From: Malacoraja senta
Taxonomy: Eukaryota
Reading direction: 5' to 3'
Length of the DNA stretch: 64,000 bases
NCBI GenBank assembly: GCA_038087875.1
Contig: CM075998.1
Span: 5,520,001 to 5,584,000 of the forward strand
Part shown: positions 37,308 to 50,580 of the stretch, in pieces
How the letters are laid out: the number at the start of each line of letters is the position of its first letter
Numbering within the stretch: position 1 is the stretch's first letter
Notes under the pieces: generated by a model
What the model saw: only the letters and a program-made list of their open reading frames with translations
Told to the model about the DNA's origin: nothing
Databases searched by the model: none
Translations under genes and position numbers: made by a program

Positions 37308-38494
37308 CGAGGATAAAACTACTCTCGAACGCAATCCTCTCCACATTCCCCGGCTTTCCAACCATTACCATTTCAACATTGTTATTAAGAACAGCCCCGA
37401 ATTGGCTGCTATACAATGGAAAACTGTATGGAGAAGAAATAAAAAGAGGAGTTATGGGAGGGGCAACAGAAGTTTGATTTTATTTTATTCCTATCGCATG
37501 GTCAAAAGGATGAAAGAAAATGTTTGCACATATGCTTCACCAGTCGGAACCACATGACAGATTTTTAATTTAAAAAACATATTTGGCCAAAAGAAGCCTG
37601 GAACCCGCCCAGTTATAAAATATCAGAGCAAAGATGTTGGTTCATGGAACCATTTCCCACTTCTGACACCATGTGTAAAGTACTGTTAACACTGAGTCAT
37701 AGAGCTTCATAATAAGTATTTTAATATGAATACATACAGAGACCATAACGACAGGTGCTGGAGGCTCAAAGTCTAGCTCAAAATTGAAAGTGTGATTGCT
37801 TACATTCCACAGGATGGCATGGTGGAAATCCGACGTGGATTACGGATCGGGTCCTAAATAGCAAAACCAGACATGGATCAAATCAGCAACAGTGATTGAT
37901 CAACAGTGCACAGCCCTTGAATAACACAAGGCCATGGCAATGGGCCTGTGAATAGGGCAGTGCGTATGGCAAACGGTGATGAAACATTCAACAATACACA
38001 CACCCAGAGTCGACTACCATAACCTGTGGAACCTGGGGTGCAGACAAGCAGCAACTGGCCCCTTCTTCCTCACAGCTTCGAGCTCTCAGCAATACAGAGC
38101 AGCTGAGTGAGGAAGAGTGAAGGAGGATAGAGCATCTCGAGAGAAAGACAGGCAGAGGCACCCTCGACAACGGCACACACAGGTAACAGGTGAATTTTGT
38201 ACCATCAATTACATTTGCATTGATACGGTAATGGAAGGCTTCTTGTTGACAGATTACTCGGCAAGCTTCACATTCAGCGCTCGAGGCTAAAGCATCCATC
38301 AGCCTTCTCCATTGCGCAATTGAGCGGAGATAAAGGCTGACATTGTTGGAGCCGAGTATGCCACCACATTGGTTCACCGTCGCTGAATGACGGCTCCACT
38401 CACAGCACTTGCATCATTCACCTCAATGACATGCTTCTGCTGGCAAAGCAGTAAATGCACTGGTGCTTCCGGGAGCATGGCACCACCTCAATAG

Positions 38495-38496
<2 letters not shown>

Positions 38497-38530
<34 letters not shown>

Positions 38531-39220
38531 CAGACGGAGAGAGAGACGGAGGGAGAGGGAGAGAGAGACGGGGGGAGAGAGCGGGAGAGAGAGACAGAGA
38601 CAGACAGAGACAGAGAGAGAGGGAGGAGAGGGAGAGAAAGAGGGGGAAAGAGATAGAGAGAGAAAGAGGGGAAGAGAGAGAGAAAGAGGGGGAGAGATAG
38701 AAAGAGGGGAGAGAGAGAAAGAGGGGGAGGGGGAGAGAGAGAAAGAGGGGGAGAGAGGGAAAGGGGAGAGAGAGAAAGAGGGGGAGTGGGAGAAAGAGAT
38801 AGAGGGGGAGAGGAGAGAAAGAGGGGGACAGAGAGAAAGAGGGGAGGGGGAGAAAGAGGGGAGAGAAAAGAGGGGGAGGGGGAGAGAGAGAGAAAGAGAG
38901 GAGAGAGAAAGAGGGGAGAGAGAGAAAGAGAGGGAGAGAGAAAGAGGGGAGAGAGAGAAAGAGGGGGAGAGAGAGAAGAGGGGGAGGGGGAGAAAGAGAT
39001 AGAGGGGGAGAGAGAGAAATAGGGGGAGGGGGAGAAAGTGGGGAGAGAGAGAAAGAGGGGGAGGGGGAGAGAGAGAAAGACGGGGAGAGAGAGAAAGAGG
39101 GGGAGAGAGAGAAAGAGAGGGAGAAAGAGATAGGGGAGAGAGAGAAAGAGAGAAAGAGGGGGAGAGAGAGAAAGAGGAGAGAATGGGGAGAGTGAGGGGG
39201 AGGGGAGGGGGGAGAGACGG
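38497..39220 (+). repeat. GA-rich polypurine low-complexity tract
   Basis: ~720 bp composed almost entirely of G and A. Confidence 0.95.
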
Positions 39221-39721
39221 ACACACACATACACACAGGGATTCACACAAAGAGGGGCAGGGTCGGTCACGCACACACACGGGTGTACAGGGTCACACAT
39301 ACACCCGTGTGTGTGCGTGGATACAGGCAAAGACGGAAAGAAAGTTGCTGTCAGTGTTTACACTGCCAAGACTAGCACAGAATCACTGTGCCAGTAAAAT
39401 GCTTCAGCTGCTCGTGATGTGCAAAGGATTCAGATCAAAGGAGAAGATGTTTATATTGGGCTGGAGATGACATGGGACACGGAGGGGCGAGAACAGAGGC
39501 TTCCCAATAAAGAGTTTTAAATCTGCCCACTGCCAATGGGAGAGTGGGAAAGACAGATTTTTTAAATTTCTGTTTGGTAAATCAACCGGTTTAATTTATT
39601 TTTTGCATAGAATCTGCGACGCCTTTCATTTTAAGGTTTACATTTTTTTTCCAAGAGCAGCCAATATCTTGTGGAGTTAACCTCGGTAAATCCACCTAAT
39701 TCTGTGATGGAATGGCCATCA

Positions 39722-40582
39722 CAGTGCCCTCCATAATGTTTGGGACAAAGACCCGCCATTTATTTATTTGCCTCTGTACTCCACAATTTGAGATTTGTAA
39801 TAGAAAAAAATCACATGTGGTTAAAGTGCACATTGTCAGATTTTAATAAAGGATATTTTAAAACATTTTGGTTTCATCATGTTCAAACAAATGCCTCATT
39901 GGCCGGCGGTTCATTCTACAGCAAGACAATGATGCCAAACATACTGCTAAAGCAACAAAGGAGTTATTCAAAGCTAAAAAATGGTCAATCCTTGAGTGGC
40001 CAAGTCAATCACCCGATCTGAACTTAATTGAGCATGCCTTTTATATGCTGAAGAGGAAACTGAAGGGGACTAGCCCCCAAAACAAGCATAAGCTAAAGAT
40101 GCAGTCTGAAGAAGGGTTCGGCCCGAAACGTTGCCTATTTCCTTTGCTCCATAGATGCTGCTGCACCCGCTGAGTTTCTCCAGCACTTTTGTGTACCATA
40201 AGCTAAAGATGGCTGCAATACATGCCTGGCAGAGCATCACCAGAGAAGACACCCAGCAACTGGTGATGTCCATGAATCGTAGACTTCAAGCTGTCATTGC
40301 ATGCAAAGGATATGCAACAAAATACTAAACATGACTACTTTCATTTACATGACATTGCTGTGTCCCAAACATTATGGTGCCCTGAAATGGGGGGACTATG
40401 TATAAACACTGCTGTAATTTCTACATGGTGAAACCAAAATGTATAAAAATGGCCTGTATTAAAATCTGACAATGTGCACTTTAACCACATGTGATTTTTT
40501 CTATTACAAATCTCAAATTGTGGAGTACAGAGGCAAATAAATAAATGATGGGTCTTTGTCCCAAACATTATGGAGGGCACTG
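39722..40582 (+). mobile_element. Internally deleted Tc1-like transposon
   Basis: ~160-bp TIRs beginning CAGTGCCCTCCATAATG, with TA at the right end. Transposase remnant FILQQDNDAKH...WPSQSPDLNLIEH...RRLQAVIACKGYATKY. A 95-bp pLTR insert (40102-40196) has a 15-bp TSD CATAAGCTAAAGATG. Confidence 0.9.
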
Positions 40583-40914
40583 TATCTATGTGATATAAAA
40601 TAGTGAGAGGGGGAAACTTGGAGACTGGATCAACATGCTCCAGTCAGGGCAATAGGCTGAAAGAGAAAGTGAGAATGGGATGCAATGATCTGACCGGGGT
40701 CGGCAGGGACAGACAATCCAAGTCTGCAGGATAACATTCCAGGTGCACTGGACAGATCTGTGGGTCTTCCTGCCTTTGCCACTGCCAGGGGCCCTATCAA
40801 AGCACAAACCTGGCTTTGCTTCATCATTAGATTCAGATTTACTTTCGCTTTACTCCTGAACGAGGTGCAACCAAATGCGATGGGCCAGCCAATCACCTTG
40901 TACCTGCAAAGCTG

Positions 40915-41480
40915 ACAATAGACAATAGGTGCAGGAGTAGGCTCCTGGTCCTTCGAGCCATTCAATGTGATCATGGCTGATCATCCCCAATCAGTAACCC
41001 GTTCCTGCCTTCTCCCCATATCCCCTGACTCCGCCATCTTTAAGAGCCCTATCTAGCTCTCTCTTGAAAAAATCCAGAGAACCGGCCTCCACCGAGGCAG
41101 AGAATTCCACAGACTCACCACTCTCTGTGAGAAAAAGTGTTTCCTCATCTCCGTTCTAAATGGCTTACTCCATATTCTTCAATTGTGGCCCCTGGTTCTG
41201 GACTCCCCCAACATCGGCAACATGTTTCCTGCCTCTAGCGTGTCCAAGCCCTTAACAATCTTATATGTTTCAATGAGATTCCTCTCATCCTTCTAAACTC
41301 CAGAGTGTACAAGCCCAGCCGCTCCATTCTCTCAGCATATGACAGTCCCGCCATCCCGGGAATTAACCTTGTAAACCTACGCTGGGCTCCCTCAATAGCA
41401 AGAATGTCCTTCCTTAAATTAGGGGCCCAAAACTGCACACAATACTCCAGGTGTGGTCTCACTATGGCTCTGTACAAGCT
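40915..41480 (-). mobile_element. CR1 3' fragment
   Basis: YRAIVRPHLEYCVQFWAP... Confidence 0.85.
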
Positions 41481-41903
41481 GAAGCGGGATCCGCCTTGGA
41501 TCCAAACATTCAGGAGCTCAGAGCCCAGACCAATATAGTGGTTGGTGCAGACTGGCAAGATCCCAGGCCATTCCCAGCTCCCTGCAGGGAAAAGGTCGGG
41601 CTTCCACCCTGGAGCATACCCACCCCATCCTCACCTCCGCTACATGTCAACCTTTTCAGCACGTGGCAAGAGGGCTGGTGCAGGCACTTCTACCCTAAGA
41701 CGGCAGGATACAGCTGCACGGCCTTCCCTCTGAGAGGTGTGGGAAGCCAGGACAATACCTGAATCGGCAAGACTATACACATGCCATGGGATGTAGGGAA
41801 CCCGAGCCGGTGAACCAGCTTTGCACTCGGGGCTCCTCTGTATCTAATGTACTGGCCTTATTCCATAGCCCAGCTACAACAGGATCTGAGATGTCAAACT
41901 GCC

Positions 41904-42103
41904 NNNNNNNNNNNNNNNNNNNNNNNNNNNNNNNNNNNNNNNNNNNNNNNNNNNNNNNNNNNNNNNNNNNNNNNNNNNNNNNNNNNNNNNNNNNNNNNNN
42001 NNNNNNNNNNNNNNNNNNNNNNNNNNNNNNNNNNNNNNNNNNNNNNNNNNNNNNNNNNNNNNNNNNNNNNNNNNNNNNNNNNNNNNNNNNNNNNNNNNNN
42101 NNN
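41904..42103. other. Assembly gap (200 N)
   Basis: Run of N bases. Confidence 1.
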
Positions 42104-43549
42104 GACTGAGGAGACGACACACGACCGTACAGGCGACATCCTGCAGTCGCCTAAAAAATCATCTAAGTGGGACAGGGGCATTAAAGTTTGGACAACAGTA
42201 CCATGTTAAAGGTGGTAAATGTTATCATTGTTGAAACATCCTGCATTTAGTGGCAAAGCCTCCCAAGGAACAATCATAAAAGATCAACCGAGGTCAAACA
42301 AAATTCACCTGGTCAGCGCCTTCAGGAGGGGAAGGGAGGATATCAGAGAAAGAAGGAGGGTTAGGACGGAGAATAAACACCCTTCAACTACATCTATCGA
42401 GGATACGGGCGACACAAAACAATCTGTCCTCTGAAGAACATCCAAAACAAATGGTTCCATTAGATGAAAGCTTTCATTTCAGTTCTTTAGAAACATTTCC
42501 TGTGGCGGTTCTGATGCAGACACTGAACAATTCGCACTGTGAACATGTTGACTCAAAAGCTATTTTTAGGAGCCATGGATAAACTTTTATCTTGGGCCGA
42601 TATTAAAGATAATGGGGAAGGTAAACCCAGCTGACAAAATGGAGGTGGGGAGGTGTAAAATCCAAGAATCAGTGAAGAAATAGATGGATGCTCACACTTA
42701 AAGACTCCTGCACACGATGTAGAAAGACAGTCTAGACCCATAACTCGTATGTATAATGGCCCCAAGACTGGTGAAAATGTTCTGGGTTGATCTTAAAATA
42801 TGATATAATAAGCCATAACATAAGCCTTAGCTGCCACCTAGGTGGCAGCTAAGGCTTATGTTGTGGCTTATTATATAATATTTTAAGATCAACACAGAAC
42901 ATTTTCCTAGGTGGCAGCTAAGGCTTATGTTTAAGAAGGAACTGCAGATGCTGGAAAATCGAAGGTAGACAAAAGTGCTGGAGAAACTCAACGGGTGAGG
43001 CAGCATCTATGGAGCGATGGAGATAGGCAACGTTTCGGGCCGAAACCCTTCTTCAGACTCAATAGACAACGTTTCGGGCCGAAGCCCTTCTTCAGACTTA
43101 GGCTAAGGCTTATGTTATGGCTTATCATGTCAAATTTTAAGATCAATCCAGAACAGATTTCTACCCATGCAAATCACGCAGATCTAAGTATTAGGCAGCT
43201 TTTTTCAAAATTATATCTTGCAGAAAGCAGTATCTTGGCTGCTTGAACTAGTGTTATTCTGACACATCAATTTAACCCAAGCTTCCAGGATAAAACAAAT
43301 AGCCGTTTGCAACCACATGCGTCGGACACGGCAGTGACGTGAGAAGGGAGTTATGCTTCATAGGTTGAAATTCAGACTTAAGCACATTGTTCCTCAGGAG
43401 GTTGCAGTCCTCCCCGTTCTCTCTTCCACCGATAGGCTTATGTTACCCCTAGTGCCACGTGAATATATTGATCCACCTTCCCTCTCACTTTGGTTGATCA
43501 CAGCAGTGAGCTCCAGAGTCCTCCCCTCTGGCAGCAGTTAGTATAGTGG

Positions 43550-43890
43550 AAGGCCCGGATAGAGTGGATGTGGAGAAGATGCTTCCACTCCTGGGAGAGT
43601 CTAGGACCAGAGGGCATCGCCTCAGAATTAAAGGACGTACCTTTAGAAAAGGATATGAGGAGGAATTTCTTTGGTCAGAGGGTGGTGAATCTGTGGAATT
43701 CATTGCCACAGAGGGCTGTGGAGGCCAAGTCAGTGGAGATTTTTAAGGGAGAGATAGATAGATTCTTGATTAGTGCGGGTGTCAGGGGTTATGGGGCGAA
43801 GGCAAGTGAATGGGGTTAAGAGGGAGAGATAGATCAGCCATGATTGAATGGCAGGGTAGATTTGATGGGCCGAATGGCCTAATTCTACTC
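43550..43890 (+). mobile_element. CR1 3' fragment
   Basis: RRNFFGQRVVNLWNSLPQ. Confidence 0.8.
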
Positions 43891-46789
43891 CTAGAAGTTG
43901 CAAGACATGGAGTAAGGGCACTCCGCTACTTCCACGCCTCCACTCTCAGCGGGTTGGTTACTTCTGGAATTCTAACTGATAAAGAGATTTTATCTTTTAT
44001 CAAGAGCCATTTGCTTGCAGTCAGCAAAGGCTGGAAAGCATTTACTGTGCAGAACCAGATGGTGCTGCCCATGTCAATAGTTCCACTGGCAACAAAGCCA
44101 TTACACAGAAGTGCCCTCCTGGGAACGTATTTATTGTGCAGTCATTTTCTCTTCCAGTGTCACCCGAGTCAAAGATTCCAGAGTGCCACCAATGCCAACA
44201 GAGCCCAACCCTTGCCATGCTGCTGCCCGGCCAAGAGCAAAGCTTCGCTGTCAACAAAGAACTGCCATTGTCAAAGCTGGATGAGACCCAGAATTATTTG
44301 CTTATCTCTCTCGGCCTTCCTAAAATGTTACCAGGTACACAGTTTTCACCCAGCAGTGGGCAAGGCCTACCGTCAGAAATGTAAATGCTGTGAATACAAA
44401 TCGGAAACAAATGCCTGCACCCAATATTGTGTGAAATGGCCACAAACCTTCCCATGAATCCAGCAACACAGCCGCTGCCTCACGGCCTCAGAGAACCAGG
44501 TTGGAGGGAAATGTGGAGAATAGAACGGATGGGATTGCTCTGAGAGCTAGCATAAACTCAATGGGCCAAATGCCTCCTCCTTTTACGTATCCGATTCCTT
44601 TCTTCCTCACATCTTTATTTAGTTTCCTCTTGAATGTTGTTCATCTCCTTGAACGCATTGAGTGGATTCACCCTAAACAATAGGTGCAGGAGTAGGCCAT
44701 TCGGCCCTTCCAGCCAGCACCGACATTCAATGTGATCACGGCTGATCATCCCCAATCAGTACCCCGTTCCTGCCTTCTCCCCATATCCCCTGACTCCGCT
44801 ATTTTTAAGAGCCCTATCTAAACAATTCCAGTGATAGCAAATTCCACATTCTCATCACTCTCTGGGGCTGCACGGTGGCACAGCGGTAGAGTTGATGTCT
44901 CACAGCGCCAGAGACCCGGGTTCCATCCTGACTAAGGTGCTGTCTGTACGGAGTTTGTACGTTCTCCCCATGACCTGTGTGGGTTTTCTTCGGGGGCACC
45001 CACACTCAAAAGAAGTACTGATTTGTAGGTTAATTGGCTTCGGTAAAAAAAAATGGAAAATGGAAAATGATAGTGCTAGTGTATGGGGTCAGCTCAGACT
45101 CGGTGGGCCGAAGGGCCTGTTTCCGCACTGTATCTCTAAAGTCCAAAGTAAAGAAAAGGAAACTATTCAGTTTCTCATCGGATTTATTAGAGACAACCTA
45201 ACAGTTCTGGTCTTTATCTCTGGCCTCCATTACAAGCGGAAAGGTTTTCTCAATATCAATCCTTCAAAAATATTTTCATACTCTTGACATCCATCCGATT
45301 ACCGCTAAGCTTTCCAGTTCTCAACAAAGAGCTCCAATGAGCTTCCAGTTATGGTATCGTTCAAGTCAATATTTTGTGCACTGACTTGCCTCAATTTCCT
45401 TTACCAAAGAGCAGAGACCAGAGTTGCACAAGTACGCTGAATGCGGTTCTATTTAAGTTCAGTGGAACTGCTCTGCTTTTCAACATATTTAAGAAAGAAC
45501 TGCAGATGCTGGAAAAATCTAAGGTGGACAAAAATGCTGGAAAAACTCAGCGGGTGGGGCAGCATCTATGGAGAGAAGGAATAAGTGACGTTTCGGGTCG
45601 AGACCCTTAGGGTCACCTATTTCCTTCGCTCCATAGATGCTGCCTCACCCGCTGAGTTTCTCCAGCATTTTTGTCCACCTGCTTTTCAACATCATCCCAC
45701 AAGAAATGCACTTTGCTTTTTTTTTAATACAAACACATGAAAGGCTCCAATTGTCCCCGAACTGAATGTCAAAGCCTCCTAATCCTTTTACGTAGAAAGA
45801 TGCAGGAAGAAGCTTTTCTAACTACAGAGGAACAGCGTCTTTTGAAATGAAAGCCACAAGAACTCCCACCGTGGTTACATTAAGTCTATTGTCTAAAGGT
45901 AAAAAAATGAGCTCAAAGCACGTTGTTTTTTAGTGGGCAGAGACAATGCACTTTCAGTAGGGACACGAGTGAAGGGGGATTTCAATAAGTTTCCTGCTCC
46001 TACAGCTCAAGGCTCAATAAAATGGAACCAGGGTTCAATGTGCAAAAATTCAATGCACTCCCCATTCTATTTTGTGCTATTTTTTTCTCATCTCGTTGTA
46101 TGCACCTCCTCTCCAGTTCCCTACTTCGAACGGCACAGAGGCACAGCTAACATAGCTGCTGTCTCATAGCTCCATTGACTCAGGTTTGTTACTGACCTTT
46201 CAATTGTTACTGAGACTAAGATGGCAGGCCCACATACAAACTGGCTGCTCAAAGCAACAGTGAATATTCAGAATAACTTCATTCAATGCACTACATAGAT
46301 CCATGTTTTTCATGCATTGATAAAAATAACAGAGTGAATCTGGAGCTTCTGTCTCCCCACTGCCCTCCCTCAAAGGTTCTTTACAGCCAATGCAATACTT
46401 TGAGGCAAGGTTGCTGATGGGAAACATAGTGGACCAAGTAATACACAGCAAGATCCCAAAATGGTTTCCAGGCCAGATAATCGTTTGTTTAAGGTGCTGG
46501 CTGAGAGTTGACGTTGGATGCCAGGGAGTCGATCAACTGCCGTTAACCATCCCATGCAAAAGAAACAGGTCTAAAACACCGGCAACCAGCCACCTCACAG
46601 CAAAGGTGAGCACCCACCCCCCCACAAGCTTATCACGGAACAACATTCCACACCCCAACGCCAACAACCCTCTAATAAGTACAGCATCCCATCACAATAT
46701 GCATTAAATCACTTGTCTCGACAGCAGTCCATCTGTGCTATGGCAAAGATTTGGCAGAGGACATTACATCATCAGTTACACCACCACCA

Positions 46790-47070
46790 GGGGCGGCACG
46801 GTGGCGCAGCGGTAGAGTTGCTGCCTCACGGCGCCAGGGACCTGGGTTCCATCCGTGTGCTGCCTGTACGGAGTTTGTTCGTTCTCCCCGTGACCTGCGT
46901 GGGTTTTCTCCGGTTTCCTCCCACACTCCAAAGACATACAGGTTTGTAGGTTATTTGGCTTTGGTAAAATTGTAAATTGTCCCCAGTGTGTGTAGGATAG
47001 TGTTACTGTGCGGAGAACGCTGGATGGCGCGGACTCGGTGGGCCTGTTTCCGCACTGTATCTCTAAACTA
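46790..47070 (+). mobile_element. V-SINE/HE1-like SINE, near full length
   Basis: GGGCGGCACGGTGGCGCAGCGG head, V-domain, CR1-like tail ending CTAAACTAA. Confidence 0.85.
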
Positions 47071-50000
47071 ATAAACTAATCAGTTAAACCCCCCGCCTGT
47101 TTACATCACTGATTTTTTTTTTTAAAACACGTCAACTAAAATGATTAACATAGGAACATATCAAAGCAGGCACTGGTCGGGATGTTACATTTGAATGTTT
47201 ACCAAGCCACATTACTGCGAGCTAATGCAATCTGAGACAAAGAGTTCTGATCATGGCCAACACATAACAGTAGTCCATTAAACCTTTTCTATTGTCTACT
47301 TAGATCACAATGACCCGTGCTTCCATGAGGACAACCTGCTCCAGATCAGTTGACACCCCTTCCCCGAACAAAGACCTATCAACTCACTCGTGAAACCTCC
47401 AACTGACCACGTAAAAGTCTACTCCATTTTGGAATCTCCCAATAGATTCTCCACACCCTGTTGAATCAATTGTGTGGGAAAGAACTGCAGATGCTGGTTC
47501 AAACCGAAGATGAACCAAAGATAAAATGTAGAAGAAGGGTCTCGACCCGAAACGTCACCCATTCCTTCTCTCCAGAGATGCTGCCCGTCCCGCTGAGTTA
47601 CTCCAGCGTTTTGTGTCAATCTGCCATTAAATCACTTTCTCGGTTTTATAGCCAGCGAAATGAGCAGGTGAAACCGAGATGCAACAAAATACTTCAAAAT
47701 GGCCCCTCATTTAATGTTCCATCGCATGTAACACATCAAATGATTTTAAAATTACACGGAAAGGTGGCCATTTATTTTAAAAGCAAAATACTATTGCTTC
47801 CGTTACCATTGTGTGAACACCAAAAGGTCTCATGGTAGTGACCAATGCAAAGGTACGGAAACCCTGATGGCTGTCTGGCATCGTATCCGGAATGTTCCGT
47901 GCCAGCTCTCCCCTGTCAGTTTTAACAGGTAGAGCGTTGCAAACCCAAGTCAATGTTCACCCAGTCATCCATTCCCTTTAGCTAATGGCCAAGAAATCTG
48001 TCCAAGTTGGGGCAGCACAGTGGTGCAGTTGGTAGAGTCACTGCCTCAGATCTCTGGAGAACCAGGTTCAAACCTGTCTGTGTGGAGTTTGCACATTCCC
48101 TCCATGATCACATGGTCCCCCCCTCCCCCCGGGTGCTCCGGTTTCTCCCCCCCCCCTCATCCCATTCCAAAGATGTGCAGATCGGTGTGTTAATTGCCCC
48201 CTGTAAACAGCCCATAGTGCATGAGTGGTAGAGTCTGAGGGAAATTGATGGGAATGGGGAAGATAAAATGGGATTAATGCAACTGGGTGCTTGGTAGCCA
48301 GCACAGATTTAGTGGGCCTGTGACTCCAAGTTCACCTGATGTCTCTACTGGTGAGCTATTCCAGAAGCAAACCACCCTCAGAGAAATAATGCTATCTAAC
48401 ATTTCTTTAGAGTTTATATTCTTGGCACTTGTTCTGCAATCTTACCTACAAACCACTATCCTTGACTGACCCTGTAGATTAAAAATTAATTGGAATCATA
48501 TCCCCACCCTGTCAGTGTTTTTCCCCTCTCCAATAACAAGCTCCTATTCTGTTGTGTTTTTATTATTCAGTTTCCTAATCGCTCAAATCTGTCTCCCCCA
48601 GTGCCATTTCCAGCTCAGCTACATTCTTACTGTAAAAAAACAAAGTGCTGGAGGAACTCAGCGGGTCAGGCAGCATCTGTGGAGGGAAATGGACAGATAA
48701 CATTTTGGGCCAGGTCCCTTCATCAGACTGAAGACCACGTTCCTCCAGCAGTCTATTTTCTGCTCAAGATTCTAGCATCTGCAGTCTCGGGTCTAAATTC
48801 TTACTGTAGTGATTGTTAAGAATTCCATCAGATAAGTTATTACATTTATAAACAAAACTTAATTCCTCTCATTCAGTTCCTGCCAATCAGCATGTATTGC
48901 CTGCCCCTTGAGAAGGTGGGGGTGAGCTGCCATCTTGAACCGCTGCAGGGCAGAGTCATAGAGTGATACAGCGTGGAAACAGGCCCTTCGGCCCAACTTG
49001 CCCACACCGGCCAACAATGTCCCAGCTACACGCGTCCCATCAGCCTGTGTTTGGTCCATATCCCTCTAAACCTGTCTTTTTTTAAACAATGGGGACAGTC
49101 CCAGCCTCAACTACAGTACCTCCTCTGGCAGCTCGTTCCATACACCCACCACCCTTTGTGTGAAAAAAATCACCCCTCAGATTCCTATTAAATCTTTTCC
49201 CCTTCAACTTAAAGTCCTTCTGGGGAAGATGCTCCCACGGTGCTGTTGGGAAGGGAGTTCCAGGATTCAGACCCAGTGATGATGAAGGGCTGCTGATATA
49301 TTTGCAAGTTGGGATGGTGTGTGGCAGTGGTCTTGTGCCTCTGTCTTTCTTGATGGTAGAGGCGTGTAGGAAGGAACTGCAGATGCTGGTTTAAACCGTA
49401 GATAAGGCACAAAAAGCTGGAGTAACTCAGCTGGGACGGGCAGCATCTCTGGAGAGAAGGAATGGGTGATGTTTCAGGGTCGAGATCCTTCTTTATGGGT
49501 TTAGGATGTACTGCAGAAGTAGCCTGGGCAAGTAACTGCAGCTTGTTAGAGGCCAAACTGCACTCGTCACAGTAAGTCTTGGGGTGCCAGCCATACGGGG
49601 GGGTTTGTTATGCAATTTTTTGAGTAAATACCACAACTTGGCATTCAAATTTACTGGGGAATGCAAACCAGCGAGAGATAACGAATGGCTTGGCCTCCCC
49701 CAAGTAAATGCTGTTTGTTTTAAGAAACAGATGCTGTTGGCTGACGTCGGTGTAAAGTGGAGGACAGAAACAAATGAGGGAGGGAGGGGATTAATTCTGC
49801 ACAACAGGTAAAAATGTATGGAAATGTGTGTTGATCACATTGTGCGTTGACGAGCAAGAACCCTCTTGGAACCCATTTTGAGTTCTGGCTGCCTGCCAAG
49901 TAATCATTAGAAACACACTCGCAGAGACAGAGGGCGAGGAAAACAATCTCGGAGCAAAAACCCAGGCAATGAAATCAGCTCAAGTCAACGATCAAATAAA

Positions 50001-50366
50001 CACACACGGAGTACACAGACACCTGTAGATCCAAGGGGCACAAGGGACTCCATCAACATCCAGCCTCCCCACAACATGGTGGCTCATCCTCAACACCCGG
50101 GAGGGGGGGGAAGAGAGGGGGGGAGAGAGGGGGGGAGAGAGAGGGGGAGGGGAGAGGCGGGAGGCGGGAGAGTGAGAGGAGCGGGAGAATGCAGAAGGGG
50201 AGGGTGGGTGCCAGAATTACCCCCAACTCCCTCTTTGTGAAGCCGGACTTCTCTGCGTCAGAACATGGAGAGAGACACAGACACAGACAGAGAGAGGAAT
50301 GGGTGAGGACCGGTTTTCCTTCTCTCTCCCCCCCCACCCCACCTCAAAAAAAATCCTCCTACTCAC

Positions 50367-50434
50367 CTCTTGCAGTTGTGGTCGACTCTCTTCCTCTTCC
50401 TGCCCATGAAGATGTTACGGGTGGTGGCGATCAT
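50367..50434 (-). CDS. AHR: AHR-family gene, coding exon 1 (MIATTRNIFMGRKRKRVDHNCK, phase-2 donor)
   Basis: GGCACC-ATG Kozak context. Basic RKRKR cluster sits where AHR/AHRR have YAxRKRRK (NLS). The 68-nt coding exon ends AAG AG|GTGAGT (phase 2, as in vertebrate AHR exon 1). GC-rich surroundings. An upstream in-frame ATG at 50503 could add 23 aa. Confidence 0.75.
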
Positions 50435-50580
50435 GGTGCCGAGGCCGGGCTGAGAGGGAGCTCCGTGCTGGGGCCGCTCCGGCCCGAGTATCTCACTTGT
50501 CATCCCTCCGCTGTGGGGCGGCTCTGCTGCAAGGGCGGGCGGGCGGGGAGCGAGGCAGCAGGAAGTCTGGGGGCTTGTAG
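50435..50580 (-). promoter_or_regulatory. GC-rich 5'UTR/proximal promoter of the AHR-like gene
   Basis: CpG-rich segment with GGGCGG GC-box motifs immediately upstream of the exon 1 ATG. Confidence 0.45.

Noticed and set aside
41773..42209. ORFs spanning the N run
   Set aside because: Artefacts of the assembly gap.
43810..44457. 215-aa ORF
   Set aside because: Starts in a CR1 3'UTR, with no recognisable domain or splice structure.
46790..46860. tRNA gene
   Set aside because: The A/B boxes belong to a V-SINE head that continues into a SINE body.
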